Shown here in pieces: positions 46,490 to 55,843 of a stretch of 64,000 bases of DNA; within the stretch, counting starts at the first letter, position 1; every line of letters starts with the position of its first letter. The DNA is from Candidatus Omnitrophota bacterium (GTDB lineage: Bacteria; Omnitrophota; Omnitrophia; Omnitrophales; Aquincolibacteriaceae). Location of the stretch: contig JAUYMS010000030.1 in NCBI GenBank assembly GCA_030698625.1, forward strand, positions 148,016-212,015, in the 5' to 3' direction. The notes beneath the pieces were generated by a model that ran no database searches, was not told the DNA's origin, and saw only the letters and a program-made list of their open reading frames with translations. The position numbers and the translations under genes were made by a program.

Positions 46490-47623
46490 ATGAACAAAAT
46501 ATTTTCGATTTTTCTGGCAGGACTACTCCTTAGTTTTGCCTGGCCGCTAAGGGGCCAGTTCGGACATGAACACGGGGCCATGATTCCCGGCGCAGCGGCC
46601 GCGGTTATTACCGCCGTTTTTATGGCCGGCGACAAATGGCGGTCTTGCTTCGCACAGGCGGTCATTTTCGGCAGCCTGGGGTTTTCGATCGGGGGAACAT
46701 TCTCCTACGGATCGCAGGTGGCCGACATTGCGGCCGCTTCCGATTTTGGGGACGTGATCCCTCAACTCATTCATGTGTTTGTCACCGGCGCGGTGTGGGG
46801 GTGGCTGGGCATGCTTTTTCTCGGCTTTGCCTCGGCGGAGCGCGAGATCACTTTTCGGGACACGCTGGTTCTGACGATTGTGGGCGGCGGTGCGTGGTTG
46901 GCGACCGCCGTTTTCAACGCGGGTCCCGCCCTAGCGTGGACGGCGGGCGGCGCGGCGTTGTTGCAGGCTTATAATGCGCTTTGGAAAAGATCGCGCACCG
47001 TCACGCTATTTTCGGCGTTCGGATTTTTTGGATTCGGGCTCGGATTTTTAATTTCGGCGCTTGTTTTGCACTACGGGGCTCACGGTGTTCTGCCGGGCGG
47101 CTGGTGGAGATTGCGTGACCAGATTTGGGGCTTCATCGGCGGCATTTCGGTGCTGTTGGCGGCACGGTTCACGGCGGCGCGCGGACTCATGCCGGCTCCG
47201 CTCGGGGGGGTGGCCATCCGGCGTGCCGGATTCATCACCCTGGCGTCGCTGGTCACAGGGGTCAATGTCTGGAACGTTTACGGCAAGTGGTTCAAAACGA
47301 CTCCGACCGTTCCCGAGCCCTTTTGGCCGACGGTCTATTTAGTCGTCTGCGCCGTGACTTTGGCGGCCATTGCCTTTTACTTTTTGACGTCGGCACCGGA
47401 AATGTTTTCGGGCGAGGGGCTTACTCGGACGCTCAGGGGAAGCACACTTTTTTTCTGTTGGTTTCTGGCCGTGCTTGCCATTCTCAAATCGGTCGTATAT
47501 TCGGGGTGGGATGTCTGGGAACCCGCCTTTGCGCTTTTATTCATAGACTGCGTGATCCTAACCGTCGCAATCCCTTGGATTCTGAAGAAAAATACCGTAT
47601 CCCTTCCGGAAGTGCCGGGTTAA
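46490..47623 (+). CDS. polytopic integral membrane protein, hypothetical
   Basis: ATG at 46490 (the track starts at TTG 46430, overlapping motif copy 3). Multiple hydrophobic helices; no family recognised. Confidence 0.5.
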   Translation: MNKIFSIFLAGLLLSFAWPLRGQFGHEHGAMIPGAAAAVITAVFMAGDKWRSCFAQAVIFGSLGFSIGGTFSYGSQVADIAAASDFGDVIPQLIHVFVTGAVWGWLGMLFLGFASAEREITFRDTLVLTIVGGGAWLATAVFNAGPALAWTAGGAALLQAYNALWKRSRTVTLFSAFGFFGFGLGFLISALVLHYGAHGVLPGGWWRLRDQIWGFIGGISVLLAARFTAARGLMPAPLGGVAIRRAGFITLASLVTGVNVWNVYGKWFKTTPTVPEPFWPTVYLVVCAVTLAAIAFYFLTSAPEMFSGEGLTRTLRGSTLFFCWFLAVLAILKSVVYSGWDVWEPAFALLFIDCVILTVAIPWILKKNTVSLPEVPG

Positions 47624-47624
47624 A

Positions 47625-48641
47625 ATGATCCTGTACCCCTTCCGAAAGGTCCCCGCAATTGTTTTGATCTCCATGGCTTATGGCTATTTCGCTTTAATCT
47701 TTGCTTTAGGGAACAGATACCAGATTAACCCGGACGGGGTGGCTTATTTGCGTCTCGCAAAATATCTTTCCGAGGGGCATTACCTTTATTCGATCTCCAA
47801 CTATTGGTCTCCGCTGATCATTTGGTGCTTTGCCCCATTTTTATTTTTGGGTGTGGACGGCCTGATTACCGCACGGGTTGTCATCGCTGTATGGGGGTTA
47901 TTGTTTTTATGGGGAACCTGGCTTCTTTCTAACCGGTTTGATTTATCTTATCCGTTTAAAAGCCTGGCGGGTTTAATCGCTGCGCTTACGATCGCAAAGT
48001 GGACATCGGCAATTATTACTCCCGATATTCTGATCGCAGCTTGTTTGGCCTTTTATTTTTATTTAGTCACGGACGCGGATTTAGTTAAAGGCAAGCAAAA
48101 GGCCTTTCTTTGCGGCATGGCGGCAGGTGCGGCCTATTTAGCAAAGGCCTATGCGCTGCCTTTTTTCCTAATTCATTTTCCGGTGACAATTTTCATAAGA
48201 AGACTGACGTCTGGCCGAAACAGCCGCTTCCCCCTCGGGAAAATGGTGAAAACCTTATGTTTTGGGATGATGGGTTTTTCATTGTTGGCGGCCCCGTGGA
48301 TTGGTGTGATGTCTGTAAAGTATTCTACATTGACGATTTCCGCTGCCGGACATAAGCCGGAGCCATACGCGATTCACTCCTGGGAAGCCCCTTCGGATTT
48401 GGCGTATAAACATTGGTCGCCTTTTCAAAGCTTTGAAAATTTTAAACATCAGTTCAAAGTCTGCTTAAAGAACGCGGCGGCAATCGCGCTTTATTTTGGA
48501 ATATTGGGCGGACCGGTTCTCGTTCTCCTTCCTTTTTTAGTTCTGACCGGCGCTAGTTTTATCGTTTGCCGCGGTTCCGATGAGCGGCTTTCTCCGCTGC
48601 GGGAAATGTATACAAAGGTTTATACATTGGGTATTATCTGA
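47625..48641 (+). CDS. integral membrane protein, possibly a GT-C (ArnT/PMT-like) glycosyltransferase family member
   Basis: The N-terminus overlaps the 33-nt repeat element. An alternative in-frame ATG lies near 47673 (MAYGYFALIFAL...). Family assignment is tentative. Confidence 0.45.
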   Translation: MILYPFRKVPAIVLISMAYGYFALIFALGNRYQINPDGVAYLRLAKYLSEGHYLYSISNYWSPLIIWCFAPFLFLGVDGLITARVVIAVWGLLFLWGTWLLSNRFDLSYPFKSLAGLIAALTIAKWTSAIITPDILIAACLAFYFYLVTDADLVKGKQKAFLCGMAAGAAYLAKAYALPFFLIHFPVTIFIRRLTSGRNSRFPLGKMVKTLCFGMMGFSLLAAPWIGVMSVKYSTLTISAAGHKPEPYAIHSWEAPSDLAYKHWSPFQSFENFKHQFKVCLKNAAAIALYFGILGGPVLVLLPFLVLTGASFIVCRGSDERLSPLREMYTKVYTLGII

Positions 48642-48886
48642 ATGAAAAATTTTATGGTTCGCCTATTTCTGACGAGGTCGAGGGAATGGCCGATGAAATG
48701 AGCGCGGCGAACCTTAAGACAATGCTTGTGTTTTCCGAATCAAAGGAAATGCCGTTGCTGAAAGAATTTCTGGAAAGCGGCAGATTTGAACACCGTGCGC
48801 ACATTCGCGGGAAAAGCTTCGGCAGCAGCCAGGACGTCGACGTTTTTTCCCTGTAACCAAAAGGCGTACCCTCTAGGTGTTCAGAA

Positions 48887-50179
48887 ATGGGGTCGCATAT
48901 CGAAGACGAGTATAGAAGTATCATGACAGGTGACGGAAGCCCGACGCTCAGCCTTCCGCCGACATGGGAACTCATGCACGCGGATGAAGGGGCGTTCACG
49001 GAGAGGCAGTATCTTTATCAGCCGCTCGTCGAAAAGGCTTTTGAGGCCGTGCCGGAGCCGGTGTTTCTTTCGCTGGGTCTCGGGCTTGGCTACAATGAAC
49101 TTCTGATTGCTTTCGAAGCCCTCGAGCGCGGGCGCAAGCCGGCATTGATTGCGAGTTACGAGACGGCCGGTTTTCTCAAAGACGCCTTCGCGGCCTGGCT
49201 GCGGGGCGCCCCCGTTGCCTTGACCCCGGTCTACGATCAGATTACCGCCCTGTATGCAGTCCGGTACGCGCAGGCACCGGCCGCCGCGAAATCATTCCTG
49301 CTCGATCTGATGCAAAGTGACCGGTTCCGGCTGCTGGGTCCCATTGAGACAGGGGAGCCAAGCGCCGCGCATGGCATTTTGTTTGACGCGTTCAGCCCCA
49401 AGACCTGCCCGCAGTTGTGGACATCGGAATTTCTGGACGTCTTCTTCGATAGAGCGGCCGCAACGCCCTGCTTTGTTTCAACCCACGCCTGCAACGGCAA
49501 ACTAAAGAGGGCACTCAAAAAGAACGGCTTCACGATTACCATTCAAGACGGCTTTGGAAGAAAATGGGAATCCCTGTGGGCTCAAAGAAACCTCATCAGA
49601 GGAGAGACTATGAAGGCTATCAGTGAATTCAGAAAACCGGACTTTGCAATTGACGCTTTGTTTTATGAGCGCTGGTCACCGCGTGTTTTTAACGGGGAAG
49701 AAATCCCGGATGAGGTTTTGAATAAGCTGTTTGAGGCCGCCAGGTGGGCCCCTTCGTGCTTTAATGAACAGCCTTGGCGATTTCTTTATGCAAAGCGCGG
49801 CTCTGAGGATTGGAATTTGTTTTTAGGTGCGCTTGTTGAAATGAATCAGGCCTGGGCAGGCAGTGCTTCTGTGCTCATCGCCTGTGTTTCGAAAAAGACG
49901 TTTACAAGAAACGGAAAGCCCAATGGGACGCATAGTTTTGACGCGGGAGCCGCGTGGCAAAACCTAGCTCTCCAAGCCCATCTTTTGGGGTGGGCGGCTC
50001 ACGGCATGGCCGGGGTTCAGTATGAGAAGGCGGCTGCAGATTTAAATATCACGGAGGATTTCAAAGTGGAAATGATGATTGCCGTCGGAAGGACGGAAGA
50101 TCTTCAGGGAAAGGAATGGACGCCAAGCGGGCGTAACACGGTGGAGTCGTTCATTACAAAAGGGAAGTGGGACAAATGA
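48887..50179 (+). CDS. fusion protein: MnmC-N/MnmD-like tRNA mnm5U34 methyltransferase domain (DUF752) plus nitroreductase-family (FMN) domain
   Basis: The N-terminal 230 aa (...GILFDAFSPKTCPQLWTSEFLDVFFDRAAATPCFVSTHACNGKLKRALKKNGFTITIQDGFGRKWESLW) parallels the E. coli MnmC methyltransferase domain. From Met242 (nt 49610, preceded by AGAGGAGAGA) comes a nitroreductase fold. No stop separates the two. Confidence 0.7.
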   Translation: MGSHIEDEYRSIMTGDGSPTLSLPPTWELMHADEGAFTERQYLYQPLVEKAFEAVPEPVFLSLGLGLGYNELLIAFEALERGRKPALIASYETAGFLKDAFAAWLRGAPVALTPVYDQITALYAVRYAQAPAAAKSFLLDLMQSDRFRLLGPIETGEPSAAHGILFDAFSPKTCPQLWTSEFLDVFFDRAAATPCFVSTHACNGKLKRALKKNGFTITIQDGFGRKWESLWAQRNLIRGETMKAISEFRKPDFAIDALFYERWSPRVFNGEEIPDEVLNKLFEAARWAPSCFNEQPWRFLYAKRGSEDWNLFLGALVEMNQAWAGSASVLIACVSKKTFTRNGKPNGTHSFDAGAAWQNLALQAHLLGWAAHGMAGVQYEKAAADLNITEDFKVEMMIAVGRTEDLQGKEWTPSGRNTVESFITKGKWDK

Positions 50180-50192
50180 AAAGGTGCCTGTT

Positions 50193-51014
50193 ATGAGTCT
50201 TAAACAAATTCCGCCCATCATTTACGGAACGGCATGGAAACAGGAGGCGACCGCCGGGCTTGTCAAACGGGCCGTGGCCGCGGGGTATCGCGCTATCGAT
50301 ACCGCGAATCAGAAAAGACATTACCGCGAAGATTATGTCGGTGATGCGCTGCTCGAACTGAAAGAACAGGGGATTCGCCGCGAAGACCTGTTTTTGCAGA
50401 GCAAGTACACTTATGTGGAGGGGCAGGATCACCGCCTGCCTTACGACCCGGAGGCCGATTTCACCACCCAGGTGCGGTCCTCCTTCGCAAGTTCGCTCGA
50501 GAATCTCCATACGGATTATATCGACTCTTACTTACTTCATGGGCCGAGATCCTCGGCCGGCATGACGGAGGCAGACTGGGAGGTGTGGGCCGCGATGGAG
50601 AATTTGCACCGGTCAGGTCAGGCGCGAATGATCGGTGTGAGTAACGTGGGCCTCCGTCATTTGACGGCGCTTTGCGCCAGGGCCAAGGTCAAACCGGCCA
50701 TTGTGCAGAATCGCTGCTATGCCGAGCGCGGCTGGGATCAGGACGTACGCGAGTACTGTTTAGCGAACCAAATCATCTACGAGGGTTTCTCGTTATTGAC
50801 GGCGAACCCGTACGTTTGGAATGACCCGCGGGTCGCGGTCATTGCCCGCCGCTTAGAAGTCACGCCCGAGCAGGTGTTATTCCGCTTTGCCGTGCAGATT
50901 GGGATCCTTCCACTGACGGGTACCTCGGACCCCGAGCATATGAAAGAAGATCTTGAGGTCGCGAACCTGGAGTTACCCGCCGCTGATCTTGACGTCATCT
51001 ACGCCGTCACATAA
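50193..51014 (+). CDS. aldo/keto reductase family oxidoreductase
   Basis: IPPIIYGTAWKQ...AIDTANQ...YREDYVG, typical AKR N-terminal motifs. ATG at 50193 with an AAAGGTG RBS. Confidence 0.75.
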   Translation: MSLKQIPPIIYGTAWKQEATAGLVKRAVAAGYRAIDTANQKRHYREDYVGDALLELKEQGIRREDLFLQSKYTYVEGQDHRLPYDPEADFTTQVRSSFASSLENLHTDYIDSYLLHGPRSSAGMTEADWEVWAAMENLHRSGQARMIGVSNVGLRHLTALCARAKVKPAIVQNRCYAERGWDQDVREYCLANQIIYEGFSLLTANPYVWNDPRVAVIARRLEVTPEQVLFRFAVQIGILPLTGTSDPEHMKEDLEVANLELPAADLDVIYAVT

Positions 51015-51102
51015 CATAGGCGTTTCGCACCCTTAAAATCGGCGCTGTATTTTTTGTTTTTAAAAAGTGGTAACTTAACCAAATAAAGTTGAGCCTAGTG
51101 CG

Positions 51103-51910
51103 ATGTTTAAACCAAAGTTATTAACTTGCCTTAAGGATTATTCCTTCCCGCAATTTCGGTCGGATGTCATCGCGGGTGTTATCGTCGGAGTTGTGGCGTT
51201 ACCGCTTGCGATTGCCCGAACGGCTACCAATGTTCATAACGGGGGCCGCACGCCCGTTGCGGGAATGGTTCATGCGCTAACACTTGCGCTCATAATGTAT
51301 TTATTTTTCAAATGGGCTGTTTATATCCCGATGGCGTTCATTCCTAATGGTTCTGAAAGCGCCGCGTAGTGACGTGGCCGTGCTTCTTGCGACGTTTTCG
51401 CTGACGGTCCTCTTTGACTTAACGATTGCGATCGAAGCGGGTGTCGTGCTTTCGGCGTTTCTGCTGATCCACCGCCTGTCATTAACGCCGAACATCGGGG
51501 TCATTTCGAAGCAATTTAACGATAATGAAGAAAACGGGGATGCCCTGGAATTAGACAAGGAGTCCATTCCGAAACACGTCGAGGTGTTTGAGATTGTGGG
51601 GGCCTTCTTTTTTGGGGTAACAGCCACATTTGTAGAGATCATGACCAGGATTGAGAAGGACGTTACGGTTCGAATCCTTCGAATGCGAAATGTGCTTAGT
51701 ATCGACGCAACGGCTTTAAACGCACTTCGGCATGTCATAAAATATTCAAGGAAAAATGGCGTGGAAATATTAATTTCAGGCGTTCATGCGCAACCCATGA
51801 TGGCTTTGCAGCAATCCGGGCTCTATGACGAAATTGGTGAAGAGAATATCCTGCCGAACATTGACGCGGCGCTGGCGAGAGCCAAGGAATTGAGGGCCGC
51901 GGACGGATGA
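51103..51910 (+). pseudogene. SulP-family anion transporter remnant (N-terminal TM segment and C-terminal STAS domain; internal deletion plus frameshift)
   Basis: 51103-51369 encodes the SulP N-terminus ([21 protein letters not shown]). 51347-51910, in another frame, encodes ...[11 protein letters not shown]... plus a STAS domain. Combined length is about 275 aa against about 550 for intact SulP. Confidence 0.7.
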
Positions 51911-51959
51911 TTATAGAAGAGCGGTTCTTCGCGGCTCCATTCCAGAATATCGGCTGGTT

Positions 51960-52406
51960 ATGACCATGATCTATGTTGACGCCGATGCCTGTCCGGTAAA
52001 GCCTGAAGTGATTCGTGTTGCCAAACGGCACGGCCTTGAGGTGACATTTGTGGCCAACTCGCGGATGCGGCTTCCTGAGGAATGGGAGGCGAAGCTGGTT
52101 ATCGTTGACGATCAATTGGATGCGGCTGACGACTGGATCGTCGAGCACGTCGCACAGGGTGATATTGTCGTAACGGGGGACATCCCTCTGGCGGACCGCG
52201 CCATTAAGGCGGGGGTAGCGGTCATTGAGCCGAACGGGCGCATTTTCACAGCCGAAAATATCGGAAATATTCTGGCGCTGCGCGACCTTCTGCATGACCG
52301 CCGCGGCGCGGGAGAGAACATGGGCGGCCCCGCGCCGTTTCGCAAGGAAGACCGCTCGTGCTTTCTTCAAGGCCTGGAACAGATGATACAAAAATTAAAG
52401 CAGTAA
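51960..52406 (+). CDS. YaiI/YqgE-family (UPF0178, DUF188) protein
   Basis: MIYVDADACPVKPEVI...GDIVVTGDIPLADRAIKAGVAVIEPNGRIFT parallels E. coli YaiI. Confidence 0.75.
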   Translation: MTMIYVDADACPVKPEVIRVAKRHGLEVTFVANSRMRLPEEWEAKLVIVDDQLDAADDWIVEHVAQGDIVVTGDIPLADRAIKAGVAVIEPNGRIFTAENIGNILALRDLLHDRRGAGENMGGPAPFRKEDRSCFLQGLEQMIQKLKQ

Positions 52407-52452
52407 CCGCAGAAATGGTAGAATGCCCGGCACATCTACGGAGGCGCACTTT

Positions 52453-54144
52453 ATGAGACATGTTACCTTTCTCTTTCTCGCGCTGTGCTTTGCCTTTTCG
52501 GCGAGCGCGGAGGCCGCAACCGCGACGATCACCAATAATGGAAATATCAGGGTTCGGGTTCAGTACAAGACTGCGGATGCCGAGTACCGGAATATTTATC
52601 TAAATCCCGGCGAGTCGGCGCCTGTCCCTGCGGGTTCGGAAAAGGTGAAGGTCGTGCGGGAGGTGGGGGAATGGGCCCAGCCGCCGGTGCCCGGTGCAGT
52701 CATCGACGTGGAAGTTAAAGAGGGCGACCAAGTTGTCAGCTCGCTCACCTGGTACGGGGAAAAGGCTTTCTTTAGTGCGCCGGTTGAAGGGCCTCCGCCG
52801 CCGGGGGAGACAGTCGCAGCACCGGCCGCAGCGCCTGCGGCAGCCGAGCCGCAAGTTAAACCCGAAACGAAGAACTATGAGCGGTTTGCCAATCCGCCCT
52901 CACCTTTCTGGCCGTGGTTCGGCGGCTTATCCGGTTCCGGCGTGACGGCCTTCTTTATCCTTATGATGCTTCCTTTTGTGCTTTCATTAGGCCGGGTTAT
53001 TATTCGTCCCCGGAGTTTTCAACTGCAGCCGGGGTTTGGCGCTCGCGGTTGTCTTCCCGTATATTTGCTCGCAGGTATTTTTTTCGGTCTTTTTCTAGCG
53101 ACTTGGGGAACCTGGGGTTATGCAAATTATGGGGAAGGGGAAGGTTTCCTTAGCCTGTTTGCGGCCGATCTTTACTTGTTCCCAATTTTTCTTGTGAGTG
53201 CGGCGGTTCGTGTCATTGGATACTCGCCGGAGTCTGTTTCGGCGATACCTCATGCGCTGCTCATTTATCCTTTTTGGATTCTGCTCATGGCGTTGCTTAC
53301 ACTGCCGATCGGCCGCTGGCGCGCGCAAACTTTGTACGGTTCGGCGTTTCTCGTGGCTTTATTGCCCATGCTGCTTATGGGCCGCGGCTGTGCGGGGCCT
53401 TACGCTTATGCGGAGGTTAATGCTTATCAAACGGCCCCGCTGCTCGCGGGTGCTTTCTCCTCTCTCTTTGTACTGCCGCTCATCTACATTGCGCTTCTTA
53501 ATTTTGCCAGGCCTTATGACGCAGTACGGTACGGTTTTGAGGGAGGGCGGTCTTTTGTAAGCGGTTGTCTCCCGCTCGTCTTTAGCGGAGGACTCGGGCT
53601 TTTGATTGCCGTCTTCCTGCTTGCGGGTCTGCCTCTTTTGGGTAGCGAGTTTGGCGCCCTGCCGTTCTTTCATTTTTTGAGGAGAGTGCCGTTGATGGCA
53701 GGGCTCGATTTCCTGCCCTTTAGTTTGGCAGTTATTCTGTTTTGGACGGTCGCCGTCGGCGGGTTGGGGTTCAGTTTTAGAAGGCCTGTGTGGGGTCCGG
53801 CATTTTATTCGACGTTTTTGGTTTCGACTTTGGCGCTATTTTTTCTCGCGGGCAGTTTTTATCCGGGCCGCGCCCTTCTGAGGCAATTGGATGACGAAAT
53901 TTATGATTTGCAGGACGCCTCGTGGTACGGCGAAACCACGGTCGAGGAGGACAATCTCCTCGATTTCCTGGAAGACTCAGGCCTTGTCCCCACTTTAGAA
54001 GAAAGAGAAGGTGCCTCGCTCGGCGGCTTTGGGGATCAGGTCGGGTTTCAATCGGGTGCCCGAAGACGTGTTTTTGTCAGGGATGCGGTCATAGGCCTTC
54101 TCAATCCCACAGAAACCAACGACCGTCAGAATCAGCAGAATTAA
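52453..54144 (+). CDS. hypothetical membrane protein with signal peptide, N-terminal beta-rich extracytoplasmic region and polytopic C-terminal domain
   Basis: ATG at 52453 with a GGAGG RBS. Signal peptide MRHVTFLFLALCFAFSASAEA; roughly 10 hydrophobic helices follow. Confidence 0.55.
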   Translation: MRHVTFLFLALCFAFSASAEAATATITNNGNIRVRVQYKTADAEYRNIYLNPGESAPVPAGSEKVKVVREVGEWAQPPVPGAVIDVEVKEGDQVVSSLTWYGEKAFFSAPVEGPPPPGETVAAPAAAPAAAEPQVKPETKNYERFANPPSPFWPWFGGLSGSGVTAFFILMMLPFVLSLGRVIIRPRSFQLQPGFGARGCLPVYLLAGIFFGLFLATWGTWGYANYGEGEGFLSLFAADLYLFPIFLVSAAVRVIGYSPESVSAIPHALLIYPFWILLMALLTLPIGRWRAQTLYGSAFLVALLPMLLMGRGCAGPYAYAEVNAYQTAPLLAGAFSSLFVLPLIYIALLNFARPYDAVRYGFEGGRSFVSGCLPLVFSGGLGLLIAVFLLAGLPLLGSEFGALPFFHFLRRVPLMAGLDFLPFSLAVILFWTVAVGGLGFSFRRPVWGPAFYSTFLVSTLALFFLAGSFYPGRALLRQLDDEIYDLQDASWYGETTVEEDNLLDFLEDSGLVPTLEEREGASLGGFGDQVGFQSGARRRVFVRDAVIGLLNPTETNDRQNQQN

Positions 54145-54163
54145 AAAAGCACCTTCGATTTAC

Positions 54164-54240
54164 GCGCCCGTAGCTCAATTGGATAGAGCATCTGCCTTCG
54201 GAGCAGAGGGTTACAGGTTCAAGTCCTGTCGGGCGCACCA
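54164..54240 (+). tRNA. tRNA-Arg(TCG): tRNA-Arg (anticodon TCG), CCA encoded
   Basis: 77-nt cloverleaf: acceptor GCGCCCG/CGGGCGC, D-arm GCTC-AATTGGATA-GAGC, anticodon stem TCTGC/GCAGA with loop CTTCGGA, variable GGGTT, T-arm ACAGG-TTCAAGT-CCTGT, discriminator A, CCA. Confidence 0.85.
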
Positions 54241-54509
54241 TTTTTACAATTAGAAGGGATATCCATTCACCCATTCATTCTGTTTAGGATTGTCCGAGTG
54301 AGTCCTGCCATGTCCCAGTCAGCCGACGTTCAGGCGCCGGTTTTTTGTTTAAAAAGAGGGACAGAACTATTTTGCTTCAACAGCCCACAAAAACGCGAGT
54401 TAGGGAAAATTTGGAATTTTTTTTTAACATGTCCTAATTTTTAAACATGATTCTTTGATGAGAAATTCAGTTTTGAAAAAGACCTGTAAGGGTTTACAGA
54501 AAAACGGTA

Positions 54510-55397
54510 ATGAGTCATCGTTTTGAGTTGGCACGCATCCTGCTTTATATAAGCATGTTCAAAATTCATCAAAATAGTTTTCTCTCCCGTGTTCCGGCTA
54601 TCATTCGCAGCTCCATTTTTCTCGTATCACTTCCCATCATCCTTTTTTGCGATACCGCCTGGGCGGTAGACCTGGGAACCGCATTAGACTATGCGGTCCT
54701 TGCCAGCTCAGCAGTCACCAATACGGGCCCGACAACGATCAATGGAGATCTGGGTGTCTGGCCCGGCACTTCGTTCACCGGATCTGAGAGCATGACGATC
54801 AACGGAACAGTTCACCTCACGGATGCCGACGCGCAGCAGGCCCAAAGCGATCTCACGGCGGCGTACAACACGATAGTAGGTCTGTCGTTTGATTTCGACT
54901 TGAGCGGGCAGGACCTGGGTACTGTGGGAACGCTTTTTCCGGGTGTCTATCGCTTTTCGTCATCGGCTCAGTTAACGGGGGCACTTACGCTCGACGCCCA
55001 AGGTAATGACGACGCGCAATTTTTTTTCCAGGTTGGGAGCGCTCTCACGACGGCAAGCGGTTCGTCGGTCCTACTGCTCAATGGCAGTGAGGGGGATGAT
55101 GTATTTTGGCAAGTCGGCAACTCCGCCACTCTTGGCGCAACCACTCTATTTCAAGGAAATATTCTCGCACTCACGAGTATTACGCTGAATACCGGCGCTC
55201 AAATTGGATGCGGCCGTGCCTTGGCGAGAAATGGCGCCGTGACCTTGGATAGCAATACCATCTCCAGTGTTTGCGATGATGACGACGGCGGCAACGGTGG
55301 TGGTGGAAGCGCGGTCCCGGAACCCAATTCATTGCTGCTGGTTGGTTTTGGCATGTCGATGCTCGCAGCATTTAAAACGCGTTTCGTTAAAAAGTAA
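54510..55397 (+). CDS. ice-binding-like (DUF3494) family secreted protein with C-terminal PEP-CTERM sorting signal
   Basis: LDYAVLASSAVTNTGPTTINGDLGVWPGTSFTG resembles the DUF3494 N-terminal signature. The C-terminus GSAVPEPNSLLLVGFGMSMLAAFKTRFVKK is PEP + TM + basic tail. An alternative ATG at 54555 gives a cleaner signal peptide. Confidence 0.7.
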   Translation: MSHRFELARILLYISMFKIHQNSFLSRVPAIIRSSIFLVSLPIILFCDTAWAVDLGTALDYAVLASSAVTNTGPTTINGDLGVWPGTSFTGSESMTINGTVHLTDADAQQAQSDLTAAYNTIVGLSFDFDLSGQDLGTVGTLFPGVYRFSSSAQLTGALTLDAQGNDDAQFFFQVGSALTTASGSSVLLLNGSEGDDVFWQVGNSATLGATTLFQGNILALTSITLNTGAQIGCGRALARNGAVTLDSNTISSVCDDDDGGNGGGGSAVPEPNSLLLVGFGMSMLAAFKTRFVKK

Positions 55398-55600
55398 TCT
55401 CTAGAAGCACTTTCCTTCGTTTGCTTTTCGGCGGCGGGAGCGAGACGAGCGCGGTCCCGAAACCGGATTCCTTTCCCCGAAAGTTAAATCCTTCTCGTCC
55501 TTGAAATAGTAACCTCATAATCATTCTTCCTCTGGTAGAACCTAGTATAGCCGACAAGTAAAAATGTTAATTCCCGGCATCTGGTAAAAACAAAAGTTTG

Positions 55601-55798
55601 ACCGAGGGCTTTTTCGAGGGCTTAATATCGGCCTATATCGAATAATCCCGGTACATTTCGGTCTACTCACTTTTCGATGAAAGCCGCTTTTACCCATCTA
55701 GATTTGCTATAATTCGGTCATAATGGACTATATCGGTTTACCTGCGTACGCGGACTTCGGAGCAAAGGGTTGCGTGTTCAAGTCACGCCGGGCGCAGA
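55601..55798 (+). repeat. 198-bp direct repeat, copy A: about 155-bp arm containing a TGCTATAAT extended -10-like box, ending in a diverged 42-nt copy of the tRNA-Arg 3' half (anticodon loop to acceptor)
   Basis: About 92% identical to 63261-63458. The tRNA-like part CTTCGGAGCAAAGGGTTGCGTGTTCAAGTCACGCCGGGCGCA carries compensatory changes in the T-stem (GCGTG/CACGC versus ACAGG/CCTGT in the intact gene). Confidence 0.85.
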
Positions 55799-55843
55799 TT
55801 TCTTTTTGACATTGGGGACTTTAGCGGTTACTATTTCTTAAGT

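Noticed and set aside
48652-48999. Minus-strand 115-aa ORF and a + strand 57-aa ORF (48686-48859) between the membrane-protein gene and the MnmC-like gene
   Set aside because: Neither has a recognisable motif or good RBS. The + strand mini-ORF shares the frame of the downstream gene but is separated from it by a TAA. It could be a decayed leader, and is not supported as a gene.
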